Positions 1-8,718 of a DNA stretch of 64,000 nucleotides are shown piece after piece (within the stretch, counting starts at the first letter, position 1; each line of letters begins with the position of its first letter). The DNA comes from an uncultured Erysipelotrichaceae bacterium (lineage in GTDB: Bacteria; Bacillota_I; Bacilli_A; RFN20; CAG-826), in assembly GCA_902763555.1 (NCBI GenBank), contig CACWSI010000001.1, forward strand, positions 7,215-71,214, in the 5' to 3' direction. The notes under the pieces are model-generated. The model had not been told where the DNA came from, made no database searches, and saw only the letters and a list, made by a program, of their open reading frames with translations. Position numbers and translations under genes: made by a program.

Positions 1-2
1 CC

Positions 3-446
3 AATAACAATACAGAAATCAATGATGGTGGTGGCAATAATAACAACAACGGTGGTAAAGTGTCATTCAATATTACTTCTACAACCTGCTATGAAGAAAC
101 TAGCGCCGATCGTGTTGATGGCTATCAATTCGAACCGAATAAAGACTATATTCAATATAGATTTATCAGACATGGTGATGCCTATTATGTTGAATGGATT
201 GAACATGGCACATGGACATTTGATGCTTCGACAGGTTTCGTAAATGCTGTCTGTACCACATATGAGACATGGGACGACTATACAAACTCATGGAACAATC
301 ATACTTATTCAGAAGGCGCTTCTAACGCTCAAAAGAATTTTAAAGTTGTTAACGATACCACATTGTATTGGAATGGCAATAGTCAGTTTGCTATCAAAAA
401 GGTCAGTAGCTTCACCCATCCAATCGTTAAATATAACGGTCAATAA
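3..446 (+). CDS. 3' end of a larger ORF entering from upstream of the window (hypothetical Asn/Gly-rich protein)
   Basis: Frame 3 is open from base 3 (NNNTEINDGGGNNNNNGG...) into the listed 60..446 ORF, whose first codon is GTG. Stop TAA at 444-446 is followed by a hairpin terminator. Confidence 0.6.
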   Translation, partial: NNNTEINDGGGNNNNNGGKVSFNITSTTCYEETSADRVDGYQFEPNKDYIQYRFIRHGDAYYVEWIEHGTWTFDASTGFVNAVCTTYETWDDYTNSWNNHTYSEGASNAQKNFKVVNDTTLYWNGNSQFAIKKVSSFTHPIVKYNGQ

Positions 447-463
447 AAACTTTTTAAAATAAC

Positions 464-486
464 GGCACTAAAAAGTGCCTCTTTTT
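464..486 (+). terminator. Rho-independent terminator
   Basis: GGCACT-aaaa-AGTGCC stem-loop followed by TCTTTTT. Confidence 0.75.
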
Positions 487-588
487 GTTGCGCTATTCTT
501 ATTAAAATAGGATTATATATGTGCGCTTATAATTTTTTAGCAATTATCATTAATTAATACGTCTAATAAGTGAAAGGAATTACAAACC

Positions 589-915
589 ATGAATAAAAAA
601 GAAAGTAATATTCAAATAGCATTTATATTATCAATTGTCGCTCAAGGCATTTTACTCTTATTCATTATCGTTCCAGGATATATCTCTATTCCTGGTGATA
701 CCATAACAAGATTAATTGTGGCCTTAGCGTATTTCCCTGCTCCATTGATTTTAGGCATCATCTCCGCAAGTATGAATAAAGTCACTTCATTAGAGGATGT
801 AGGCACTAAATTTAAAGTCTATCGTATAGTTGCTAAAGTTTTTTCAACAATCGCTATCGTTTTAGGCGCTGTGTTAACATTTGTCTTCTTAATTGTTTAT
901 ACATTCCATTTTTAA
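589..915 (+). CDS. small hypothetical membrane protein (about 3 TM helices)
   Basis: ORF with SD-like GAAAGGAA upstream and three long hydrophobic stretches. No recognisable family. Confidence 0.6.
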   Translation: MNKKESNIQIAFILSIVAQGILLLFIIVPGYISIPGDTITRLIVALAYFPAPLILGIISASMNKVTSLEDVGTKFKVYRIVAKVFSTIAIVLGAVLTFVFLIVYTFHF

Positions 916-943
916 AAATTATTAATAAATAAATATGCACAAG

Positions 944-978
944 GCAGTCTTTGTTATCAAAACAAGACTGCTTTTTTT
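944..978 (+). terminator. Rho-independent terminator
   Basis: GCAGTCTTTGTT / AACAAGACTGC stem with a 1-nt bulge, followed by TTTTTTT. Confidence 0.8.
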
Positions 979-1075
979 GCGATTTTAACTTATAAAATAA
1001 AAATTTTATAAATATCTTTTGCTTTGCCTCGCGCATACGTGTATTCTTTTAACTGTTGAAGAAAGGAAACGGAGT

Positions 1076-3646
1076 ATGAAAAAATCTATCAAAACCGTGT
1101 TACTAAGCTTAGCATTGGTGGGCACTCTTGCAGGTTGTGACTTTGATCAAAACTCAACAAGTAGTAGTGCATCTGCTAATAGTAGTGACACATCCCTTAC
1201 ATCATCTTCTAGTTCAAGTGAAACTAGCTTACCAAGCTCTAGCTCAATTTCTAGTTCAAGTGAATCTAGCTCAGTAGTTACAAAAACTGACATCGTTTTA
1301 ACCGCTGAAAAAACAAATCTAGATGTCAATGAGAGTGTGACAATTACCTCTAACGTCGAAGGCGTGACTTACTCAACAGTAGAAGGCGCTTCCGTCAACG
1401 CTGGTGTTTTCAGTGCCACTAAGGAGGGCACATTTGTTGTGACCGCCCATAAAGATGGCGATTATAACGATGGTACAATTACCTTCACTGTGACATTTGC
1501 AAAGACCGCTAACAAAGTTAAGGCTATCTTAAAAACAATGAAAGAAGGCCAAAACTTCACAGTGACCGCTAATAACTTATTAGGCGTTAATAAAATCTAT
1601 AGAACAGAAAACTATTTCTTTGATGCCCAAAGTAATGAAGGCCAAGCCTTGTTTACTAACATCATTCCAAATACACAGTTCGATAAAGTTGCTCACTATA
1701 TCAAACTAGTGAATAACGAACTCATCATCGGTAACGATATCGTTTATCAAAATAGTAATGGTGAAGGCGTCATCGCCACTGACTTATATGATACCGATGG
1801 CTTACACTATGTTGATGTTGATGCCTTAACATTTGAAGAAAACAATGGTGTTTTCTATACCGCAGATAACAATACAATCGTTGCGATGTCCGCGATCGTT
1901 GGTTCTGAATATGTCTTATATGCTGATAAAATCGAATTCAGCTTTGATAAGAACTTCGATTTAAATGCTAGAATCATTTACATTGATCCAGAAACAAACA
2001 AAATCGATGAAACAAGCACTAATGCTTTTGGTTACATCAAATTCTCTGACATTGGTAAAACAGTGGCCCCAGTCGTGGATGACGCTGTTAAAAATGTCAC
2101 TGTCAGTGAAACAGGTATGAGTGAAGAAGTTGCTTCTTCCTTCATGCTTACTAAAGCCCACCTCAAAGCCACAATTAAACAATTCATCGGTGAAACAGTT
2201 ACTGTTTTAGGTACAAGTGAATATCACTTCGATGAAAAATATTTAATCGAAGATAAAGTGGTGAGAGGTACAACCATCCATAACTTCTATGAAAAAGATG
2301 ACCAAGGCAACGCTAACTATGTTGGCATTGGTCCAGATAACAAACTTGTTAGAACAAATTATGGAGAATGGGATTCATTTACTTTCCCGTTTGCCACTTT
2401 AACATTAAGTGATTTCAGACAAACAAGTGCACACACATATTCTTATATGAGTTATAACTCCAATGCTGTTGCTAAATATTTAGCGTGGGCTAACATTGGT
2501 GATAACGTTCTTGCTTATATCACCGCTAAAGAAGAAAACGGTAAAATCGCTTCCTTCACCTGTGAAACAGCTAACCAACTCAATAACATCGGTACAGATG
2601 ATGCCCCAGTTTATAAATATGGTAAATACGTCTTTGAAATTGAAGTCTTACCATATGAAACAATTGTGGCTCCAGCCCCATTTGAAGCGGACGCTGATAC
2701 AACAAGAGTTAAAGCTTATATGGATGAATTAACTGAAAGTGGTGCTAATTACACATTAATGATTGGCGATCACTCTTCACCAAGTGACTTAATTACAATC
2801 AAAGTCACAGAAAAAACTATCTTAATTAAGAATTACAAAAATAAAGAAACAACCTATAAGGGCTATCATGTCTTAGATGATGGTGTGATTGAGTTCTCCG
2901 CCACTAATAATGGTCAAGCAACAACAGATGACACATCTGACGATACCGCTACCGCTAAACTCATAAAAGATGTTGAAATGGCAGAAGGTCAAACATTAGC
3001 GTCATTATTAGGCCTTAATATTGCTCCAGAAACACTTAAATTTGACGAAGATGGCAACATCATCTTCAAAGATGGTGTTTTAAATGGTGGTAAAGGCTTA
3101 TTCAATGACTTCTATTGGAAAGATAGCGCTATGGATGGCACAATCAAATTCACCATTTATGGTGATCACATCAGTTCCATCAACTTCAAATATGCCGATG
3201 GTTCTACAACTGCTCAATATGCTCAACTCTTTATGTATGGCACAACTGGCTTAACATCTAACTTTGAAAAAGATTTAGTTGCTAAATTAGCCACAATTAA
3301 AGATGCTCCACATCCAACATCATGGGCAGAAGAATCACCTGCAGCTTATGAAAAAATGGTGACCCTATTAGGTGAAGAATTAGCCGCTATTATTCCTTAC
3401 ATCTATGATGAAACTGTTAGTGGTTTCTTCGATGGTGGTACACTCAGTTCTAGCACAACATTAAGAATCAAATTAACAGATAATAAAACACTTTCAGATG
3501 CATATCGTAGTGCTTTAACACAAGCATGCGTTGATGCTGGCTTTACCAAAGCATCTAACATCAGTGCAAAACTCACTGTTGGTGGCAAAATATTAACTGT
3601 TGGCACTTTAGCCTCACAAGTAAGCATCATTTATAAGAACGCTTAA
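1076..3646 (+). CDS. large surface lipoprotein with Ser-rich linker and a Big_2-like Ig domain
   Basis: Internal ATG at 1076 preceded by GAAAGGAAACGGAG. Signal peptide plus lipobox MKKSIKTVLLSLALVGTLAGC, then a Ser/Thr tract. The segment TDIVLTAEKTNLDVNESVTITSNVEGVTYS...TFVVTAHKDGDYNDGTITFTV looks like a bacterial Ig-like group 2 domain. Confidence 0.8.
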   Translation: MKKSIKTVLLSLALVGTLAGCDFDQNSTSSSASANSSDTSLTSSSSSSETSLPSSSSISSSSESSSVVTKTDIVLTAEKTNLDVNESVTITSNVEGVTYSTVEGASVNAGVFSATKEGTFVVTAHKDGDYNDGTITFTVTFAKTANKVKAILKTMKEGQNFTVTANNLLGVNKIYRTENYFFDAQSNEGQALFTNIIPNTQFDKVAHYIKLVNNELIIGNDIVYQNSNGEGVIATDLYDTDGLHYVDVDALTFEENNGVFYTADNNTIVAMSAIVGSEYVLYADKIEFSFDKNFDLNARIIYIDPETNKIDETSTNAFGYIKFSDIGKTVAPVVDDAVKNVTVSETGMSEEVASSFMLTKAHLKATIKQFIGETVTVLGTSEYHFDEKYLIEDKVVRGTTIHNFYEKDDQGNANYVGIGPDNKLVRTNYGEWDSFTFPFATLTLSDFRQTSAHTYSYMSYNSNAVAKYLAWANIGDNVLAYITAKEENGKIASFTCETANQLNNIGTDDAPVYKYGKYVFEIEVLPYETIVAPAPFEADADTTRVKAYMDELTESGANYTLMIGDHSSPSDLITIKVTEKTILIKNYKNKETTYKGYHVLDDGVIEFSATNNGQATTDDTSDDTATAKLIKDVEMAEGQTLASLLGLNIAPETLKFDEDGNIIFKDGVLNGGKGLFNDFYWKDSAMDGTIKFTIYGDHISSINFKYADGSTTAQYAQLFMYGTTGLTSNFEKDLVAKLATIKDAPHPTSWAEESPAAYEKMVTLLGEELAAIIPYIYDETVSGFFDGGTLSSSTTLRIKLTDNKTLSDAYRSALTQACVDAGFTKASNISAKLTVGGKILTVGTLASQVSIIYKNA

Positions 3647-3647
3647 T

Positions 3648-4850
3648 ATGAAGAAACTATTGCCATTAATTTCATTATTAGTACTTACTGCTTGCTCAAA
3701 TCCAGTTTTGAGCAGCAGTGGTAATAGTGGTTTATCTTCATCTAGTGAAGTTACTTCTAGTGTTACTAGTTCGTCCTCTAGTGAATCTACTTCAAGTGAA
3801 GTGTCTAGCTCCAGTAGTAGTGTCTCTAGTTCATCTAGTTCTTCTAGTAGTAGTAGTTCTATAGAAGAACCACCTACACCTAGCGAATTGTTTGATGCAT
3901 TTCATGAAAAACTAGGCTTAAAGAATTCCACTTTGATTGATGAAAACTACATCGAACAAAAGTTCATTGAAGGTAATATTCTAACCAATCATTACTTTGG
4001 CAAATTCGCAGAACAAGGTGATGATGGGTATTGCAAATATCTTGATCAAGGCCTATATCACTTCAATTTCATTGAGGATGGTATTGAAATTGATAGATGT
4101 AAGACAGTTAATAACGACATTGATATGTGCGAATTCTTCTATACCACATATGATTTGAAAGACTTCAAATCTAAATGGAAGAAGACCGCTGATGACCTCA
4201 TCTATACATCCACTGAAAAAGAAATCAGTGTCCTTATCGCGGAACTAGATGGACAAGGCATTTTAGCGGAAGGCAGTGACTCATTCACAAGCAAATTAAC
4301 TCTTGCTAGTGATGGCAAGTCTGCTAAATATGAAACAACTGCTATTTCTAATGACTTTGGTACATTCCAAATGAGTTTCACTGTTAAGGATTTAGGAACA
4401 ACAACACATGATAGTGTGACTTCATATTTAGCGAATGCTCCTAGATTAGAAGTTACTAATGAATTCCCTAGTGAAGTTAAAACCGCTATCAATAGCATGT
4501 TTGCTATAGACATTAATGCGCCTACAGGCACAAGCTATGCTCACGATAGTTATGTGAGTTATAACAATGACAAAATAGTTCAACAAATCTTCTATGAAGA
4601 CTTCCTCGCAGGAGACCAGGTTAGTAACTATCGTTCATATTTAGAATCTATTGGCTTTACGTTATCTGATATCACAACTGAAAAAGATGATTTAAAGAAA
4701 TTAGGCTATGTGAGATACTACTATGAAAAAGTAGTGGGTTCAGAGACGTTATTCGTTGAATTATTTTTTGTTCCAAAGATTCAACTAGATACCTTTGAGC
4801 AAACACTATACCCTAATGGCGTCTTGCATTTAAAATTCATTAGACCATAA
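3648..4850 (+). CDS. lipoprotein with long poly-Ser linker
   Basis: MKKLLPLISLLVLTAC lipobox, then about 55 aa of almost pure Ser/Thr/Glu/Val. The start lies 1 nt after the upstream stop, so the two genes form an operon. Confidence 0.8.
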   Translation: MKKLLPLISLLVLTACSNPVLSSSGNSGLSSSSEVTSSVTSSSSSESTSSEVSSSSSSVSSSSSSSSSSSSIEEPPTPSELFDAFHEKLGLKNSTLIDENYIEQKFIEGNILTNHYFGKFAEQGDDGYCKYLDQGLYHFNFIEDGIEIDRCKTVNNDIDMCEFFYTTYDLKDFKSKWKKTADDLIYTSTEKEISVLIAELDGQGILAEGSDSFTSKLTLASDGKSAKYETTAISNDFGTFQMSFTVKDLGTTTHDSVTSYLANAPRLEVTNEFPSEVKTAINSMFAIDINAPTGTSYAHDSYVSYNNDKIVQQIFYEDFLAGDQVSNYRSYLESIGFTLSDITTEKDDLKKLGYVRYYYEKVVGSETLFVELFFVPKIQLDTFEQTLYPNGVLHLKFIRP

Positions 4851-4857
4851 AACAATA

Positions 4858-4882
4858 ACGGGGTTACAAAATCCCGTTTTTT
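4858..4882 (+). terminator. Rho-independent terminator
   Basis: ACGGG ... CCCGT hairpin followed by TTTTTT. Confidence 0.7.
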
Positions 4883-5001
4883 GTTACATATTAGTCAAGA
4901 AATTTTTAAAAAATATTTCTCACTTTTCATCGATACTTTTTTAGCGTTTTTCCCACGTACGTATATATGCGAGAAAAAAGCGCGCTATACTAAAAGTACA
5001 A

Positions 5002-7290
5002 ATGGGAACTCTATCTAAAATTTGGAATGGTTTTTTAAACATTTTTGGTTTACGCAAAAACTCCAAATATGTAAAGAACTATTTAAATGAAGCCAATATG
5101 CGATCTGGCGTTTTTATGTCGTTCGTTATTTTTGTTTTGGAAGTCTGGCTTGTCATTAGACAAATGAAGGACTATGCAATTCCTAGAATTATTGCTCCAA
5201 AATCGAACGAAGTTGGCTTGTTACCTTTTGAGATACTTTACAAGTACACTTCTGTATATTTTGTTTTGATGTTTTTTGGTATCGCAATGTTTGTTTATTC
5301 TTTGCAATACTTGAGTAAAAAGAAATCATTGAGCAAAATGATTATTCCGATCGTTGCGGCGAGTTTTTCTTTAGCTGTCTGCTGTTTTTTACCTCTTGAG
5401 TTTAAACAGGGAATACAAAACATAAGATTCTCAGGCACTTTGGATACCACAGCGATTTATAGTATTTTAAGGCTTGTTTTCTATGGAGCTATTTTCTTGT
5501 TTGATATAGGCATTATCTATTCTTCTATCTATCGCTATAAAGGTGGCAAGAGAGAGTCTATTAGCTCGGTTTTAGTTATTTCTTTGTTCGCTTTTGTCTG
5601 TCTAACCTTTGGTGTTATGGTTTCATATAGTGATTTCACTTCTTCTACCATCTACACTGGAATACAGGTTGGCATTAATGAAAAAACTGGTGATCCAATA
5701 ATTAAGGATGTCTTGGGAAACGATAAATATAACAAACAGATTATTTGCTTCTTGATGTTCACGATTTACATTGGCTGTTTGTTAATTTGGAATCCAATGA
5801 TTTCCATTGGTATTTTAGGTACCTTATTCTTGGGCTTTTTCTTCCTTCTTGATCATGTCGCATCTTTAGGTGGAAGAGTTGTTACGGATGGCGATAAAAT
5901 CAACTATATTACCTTCTATATTTCATTAGCGATGGTTGCTATGTCTATTTATAGTCAACGTTTGTCTGAGGCCAAGAAAGATGAAGAACTAGAAGAATTA
6001 GCCACTAAAGATACAATCACTGGTTTATTATCTTTTGAATATTTCACTTTACAAGTTAGAGAAAAAATCGCTCAATATAAAATTGAACGCGGTAATAGTG
6101 TCTATTTATTTATTAACATCACAAACTTCAAAGTCTATAACGACCAAAAAGGTTTCAAGAAAGGTAATGAATTCTTAAAGACAGTTGGTCAGATTATCTC
6201 TGATGTCTTTAATGAAAATTCATTAATTACCCGTCAATCTGACGACCACTTCGTTGTTTTCACCATTAACTTAAAAGTCCAAGATAAAATCTTCGAAGTG
6301 GCTAGACGAGTGGAAGAACAAGATCCAGAAATTAAACCTAGTATTAAAGTTGGTGCAGCGGAAGTTTATGACCCAAGAGAAGATCCTCACTATGCAGTTG
6401 AAAAAGCGCGCTATGCATATGCGGAACTTAAGCGTATGCCTACTACAAAAATCATCCTCTTCTACGATGATAAGATGCACGACAACTATTTGATGAATCA
6501 ATACATTGTTACTCATATTGATGAAGCCATTAAAAATGGCTACTTAAAAGCCTACTATCAACCAGTTGTTTGGTCTAAAGGTAGAACACTATGCGGTGTT
6601 GAAGCTTTAGCGAGATGGGTTGATCCTAAGTATGGTTTCCTTTCTCCTGCTAAATTTATTCCAGTATTAGAAAACAACCAACTTATCTATAAACTAGATA
6701 AAGAAATCTTAAGAATCGTCTGTGCTGACATTCGTCATAATATGGATAAGGGTTTACCAGTCCTCCCAGTCTCTATTAACTTCTCTAGAGCGGACTTTGG
6801 TGTTATCGATATCGTAGAAGTCGTTAATGAGATTGTTGATCAATATCAAGTTCCACATGAATTATTACACGTTGAAATCACTGAAAGTGCTTTAACTAAC
6901 GAAGTTGATTTATTAAAGAACACAATTAATAGATTGCACGCTAAAGGATTTGCCACTTGGCTTGATGACTTTGGTAGTGGTTATTCTTCATTCAATGTCT
7001 TAAAAGACTTTGACTTTGATGTTTTAAAACTTGATATGGCTTTCCTTGTGGGATTTAACGGCAATGAAAAAGCTAAAGCTTTAATTAAATCAGTTATTTC
7101 TCTTGCGGACCAAATTGGCATGAAGACACTTTGTGAAGGTGTTGAAACCGATGAACAAGCGAAGTTCTTAGAAGAAGCAAGCTGTGGCCGTTTACAAGGC
7201 TATTTATACGGTAAGCCTCTTTCTTATGATGAATTATTAGAAAAGATTCAAAAGGGCGAATATAACATTTCCAAAGAAAAGCTTTATTAA
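5002..7290 (+). CDS. polytopic membrane protein with degenerate GGDEF domain and intact EAL domain (probable c-di-GMP phosphodiesterase)
   Basis: About 310 aa of multi-TM N-terminus. GGDEF-like block DTITGL...NITNFKVYNDQKGFKKGNEFL...RQSDDHF, with RxGGDEF replaced by RQSDDHF. EAL motifs are intact: VEALARW, SINFS, EITES, DDFGSGYSS, KLD, EGVET, QGY. Confidence 0.85.
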   Translation: MGTLSKIWNGFLNIFGLRKNSKYVKNYLNEANMRSGVFMSFVIFVLEVWLVIRQMKDYAIPRIIAPKSNEVGLLPFEILYKYTSVYFVLMFFGIAMFVYSLQYLSKKKSLSKMIIPIVAASFSLAVCCFLPLEFKQGIQNIRFSGTLDTTAIYSILRLVFYGAIFLFDIGIIYSSIYRYKGGKRESISSVLVISLFAFVCLTFGVMVSYSDFTSSTIYTGIQVGINEKTGDPIIKDVLGNDKYNKQIICFLMFTIYIGCLLIWNPMISIGILGTLFLGFFFLLDHVASLGGRVVTDGDKINYITFYISLAMVAMSIYSQRLSEAKKDEELEELATKDTITGLLSFEYFTLQVREKIAQYKIERGNSVYLFINITNFKVYNDQKGFKKGNEFLKTVGQIISDVFNENSLITRQSDDHFVVFTINLKVQDKIFEVARRVEEQDPEIKPSIKVGAAEVYDPREDPHYAVEKARYAYAELKRMPTTKIILFYDDKMHDNYLMNQYIVTHIDEAIKNGYLKAYYQPVVWSKGRTLCGVEALARWVDPKYGFLSPAKFIPVLENNQLIYKLDKEILRIVCADIRHNMDKGLPVLPVSINFSRADFGVIDIVEVVNEIVDQYQVPHELLHVEITESALTNEVDLLKNTINRLHAKGFATWLDDFGSGYSSFNVLKDFDFDVLKLDMAFLVGFNGNEKAKALIKSVISLADQIGMKTLCEGVETDEQAKFLEEASCGRLQGYLYGKPLSYDELLEKIQKGEYNISKEKLY

Positions 7291-7404
7291 AAACGGCCAT
7301 TAAGGTCGTCTTAAATATTATTTCATTAATAGATGAAATACTTTATAATATTCATGCGTTAATAAATATTATTGATATTTAAAAAGCGAAAGGAATTATT
7401 TACT

Positions 7405-7908
7405 ATGCAACAAGTAAGCATTAGAAATAAGTGGATTTCTTTAAGAGGTGGTTCCTACGTTAAGGACATGGACGAAAGAGATGTCTTTTATGTGAAAGGC
7501 AAATTCTGGACTGTCACTAGAAAGAAATTTGTCCAAGATATGGAAGGTAACTTGCTATACACAGTCAGAAACAAATTCTGGTGGTTCTTTGTGAGAAAAG
7601 CCATGGTCTATGATAAAGATGGTAACCAAGTAGCGTTCATTAGAAAGAAATTCTGGTCTGTCCATGACCGTTATTTCGTTCAATCTTCATTAGGTAATTT
7701 AGAAATTACTGGAAATATTTTAGGATTCGATTATCATATTATCCTTGACGGTAAAGAAATCGGACATGTTGCAAGGAAGATTTCTTTAAGAGATTCGTTC
7801 GTCTTATCTTTAGAAGATGGCTATGACTTATCGTTCTTCGTGGCCTTTGTGATCGCAATCGATAACATCACAGACCAAGCTAGACAAGACGCGTCAAGCA
7901 GTTATTAG
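7405..7908 (+). CDS. LURP-one-related / Tubby C-terminal-like (YxjI-type, scramblase-fold) protein
   Basis: ATG at 7405 preceded by AAAGGAA; the listed TTG at 7372 has no SD. Repeated beta-strand pattern KFWTVTRKKF / NKFWWFFVRK / KKFWSVHDRY and a C-terminal hydrophobic helix FFVAFVIAIDNI are typical of the LOR/DUF567 family. Confidence 0.7.
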   Translation: MQQVSIRNKWISLRGGSYVKDMDERDVFYVKGKFWTVTRKKFVQDMEGNLLYTVRNKFWWFFVRKAMVYDKDGNQVAFIRKKFWSVHDRYFVQSSLGNLEITGNILGFDYHIILDGKEIGHVARKISLRDSFVLSLEDGYDLSFFVAFVIAIDNITDQARQDASSSY

Positions 7909-7912
7909 TATT

Positions 7913-8254
7913 ATGGCAAGAGTTAAACGTTATTGTGGTGGTTACATCCTCGAAATTAATGGGGATAAAATTCAAGAATACTGTGGCCGCTATCTATACC
8001 AAATTAGTAATGGTAGGGTACAGGAATACTGTGGCCCTTATCTTTACGAATTAAAAGGCGATAGAATCCAACGTTACTGTGGTAGTTATCTTTTAGAATT
8101 TGATGGTAGAAGAGTTAAACGTTATTGTGGTAACTATATTGCCGAAGTTGAAGGCAATAGAATCAAGCAATACTGTGGTCCATATCTCTATGAGATAGAA
8201 GGATTCCTCAGCAATGAGCAAATGATGGCGTTAATCGCAGTCTTATTTGCCTAA
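7913..8254 (+). CDS. repeat protein: six tandem 16-aa R[IV]xxYCGxY[IL]xExxGx units plus hydrophobic C-terminal tail
   Basis: Direct reading gives RVKRYCGGYILEINGD / KIQEYCGRYLYQISNG / RVQEYCGPYLYELKGD / RIQRYCGSYLLEFDGR / RVKRYCGNYIAEVEGN / RIKQYCGPYLYEIEGF, then LSNEQMMALIAVLFA. Confidence 0.7.
   Translation: MARVKRYCGGYILEINGDKIQEYCGRYLYQISNGRVQEYCGPYLYELKGDRIQRYCGSYLLEFDGRRVKRYCGNYIAEVEGNRIKQYCGPYLYEIEGFLSNEQMMALIAVLFA
7919..8206 (+). repeat. 6 x 48-nt in-frame tandem repeat (coding)
   Basis: TA(C/T)TGTGG recurs every 48 nt. It encodes the 16-aa YCG unit. Confidence 0.85.
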
Positions 8255-8265
8255 AAGGAATGATT

Positions 8266-8718
8266 ATGAACAAATACATGAAAATGGCTATTAACGAAGC
8301 CAAAAAAGGCATTAGAAACGGACATGGTGGTCCTTTCGGTGCAGTGATTGTTAAAAACGATGAGGTTGTCGGTAAAGGACATAACCAAGTTGTAAAGAAC
8401 AACGATCCAACTTGTCATGGTGAAATCATGGCAATCCATAAAGCCTGTAAGAAATTAGGCACTTTTGATTTAAGTGGTTGTGAAATCTACACAACCGGTG
8501 AACCATGCCCAATGTGTATGGCCGCGATCTTATGGGCCAACATTGAAAAGATTTATTATGGCTGCAATATCTTAGATACCGAAGAAATTGGTTTCAGAGA
8601 TAAGAAGTTCTATGAACAATTTGAAAATCGTGAACAATTAATTCACGAATTAGATCGTAAAGAATGCCTCAAATTATACGGGGAATACAAACGTATTAGT
8701 GATAAGGTTAATTATTAA
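8266..8718 (+). CDS. guaD: guanine deaminase (CDA-fold zinc deaminase, GuaD type)
   Basis: GGPFGAVIVKNDEVVGKGHNQV..DPTCHGEIMAI...GEPCPMCMAAILWA closely matches the B. subtilis GuaD pattern, including the HxE and PCxxC zinc motifs. ATG 8266 has better spacing to AAGGA (8255-8259) than ATG 8260. Confidence 0.85.
   Translation: MNKYMKMAINEAKKGIRNGHGGPFGAVIVKNDEVVGKGHNQVVKNNDPTCHGEIMAIHKACKKLGTFDLSGCEIYTTGEPCPMCMAAILWANIEKIYYGCNILDTEEIGFRDKKFYEQFENREQLIHELDRKECLKLYGEYKRISDKVNY

Noticed and set aside
22-462. ORFs 22..243 and 244..462 in frame 1 at the window start.
   Set aside because: They overlap the frame-3 ORF, which is open from the window edge and ends at a proper terminator. Their sequences are hydrophobic, low-complexity, out-of-frame translations.
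1019-1075. N-terminal extensions of listed ORFs (1019, 7372, 8260, 18356, 20247, 30671, 35018, 35158, 41738, 50462, 58175, 60538, 62702).
   Set aside because: In each case an internal ATG has a properly spaced SD and starts the recognisable protein (signal peptide, conserved N-terminus). The longer form would overlap the upstream gene or begin at a non-ATG codon without an SD.
1150-3870. Short direct repeats in Ser-tract DNA and the 48-nt tandem repeat at 7919-8206, considered as possible CRISPR or satellite arrays.
   Set aside because: They are in-frame coding repeats with no unique spacers. No cas genes or repeat-spacer architecture occur anywhere in the window.
7291-7404. Purine (guanine/xanthine) riboswitch expected upstream of the guaD-permease genes.
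   Set aside because: The only sizeable leader (7291-7404) is extremely AT-rich and lacks the conserved three-way junction sequence elements. guaD follows the repeat-protein gene with only a few nt of spacer.
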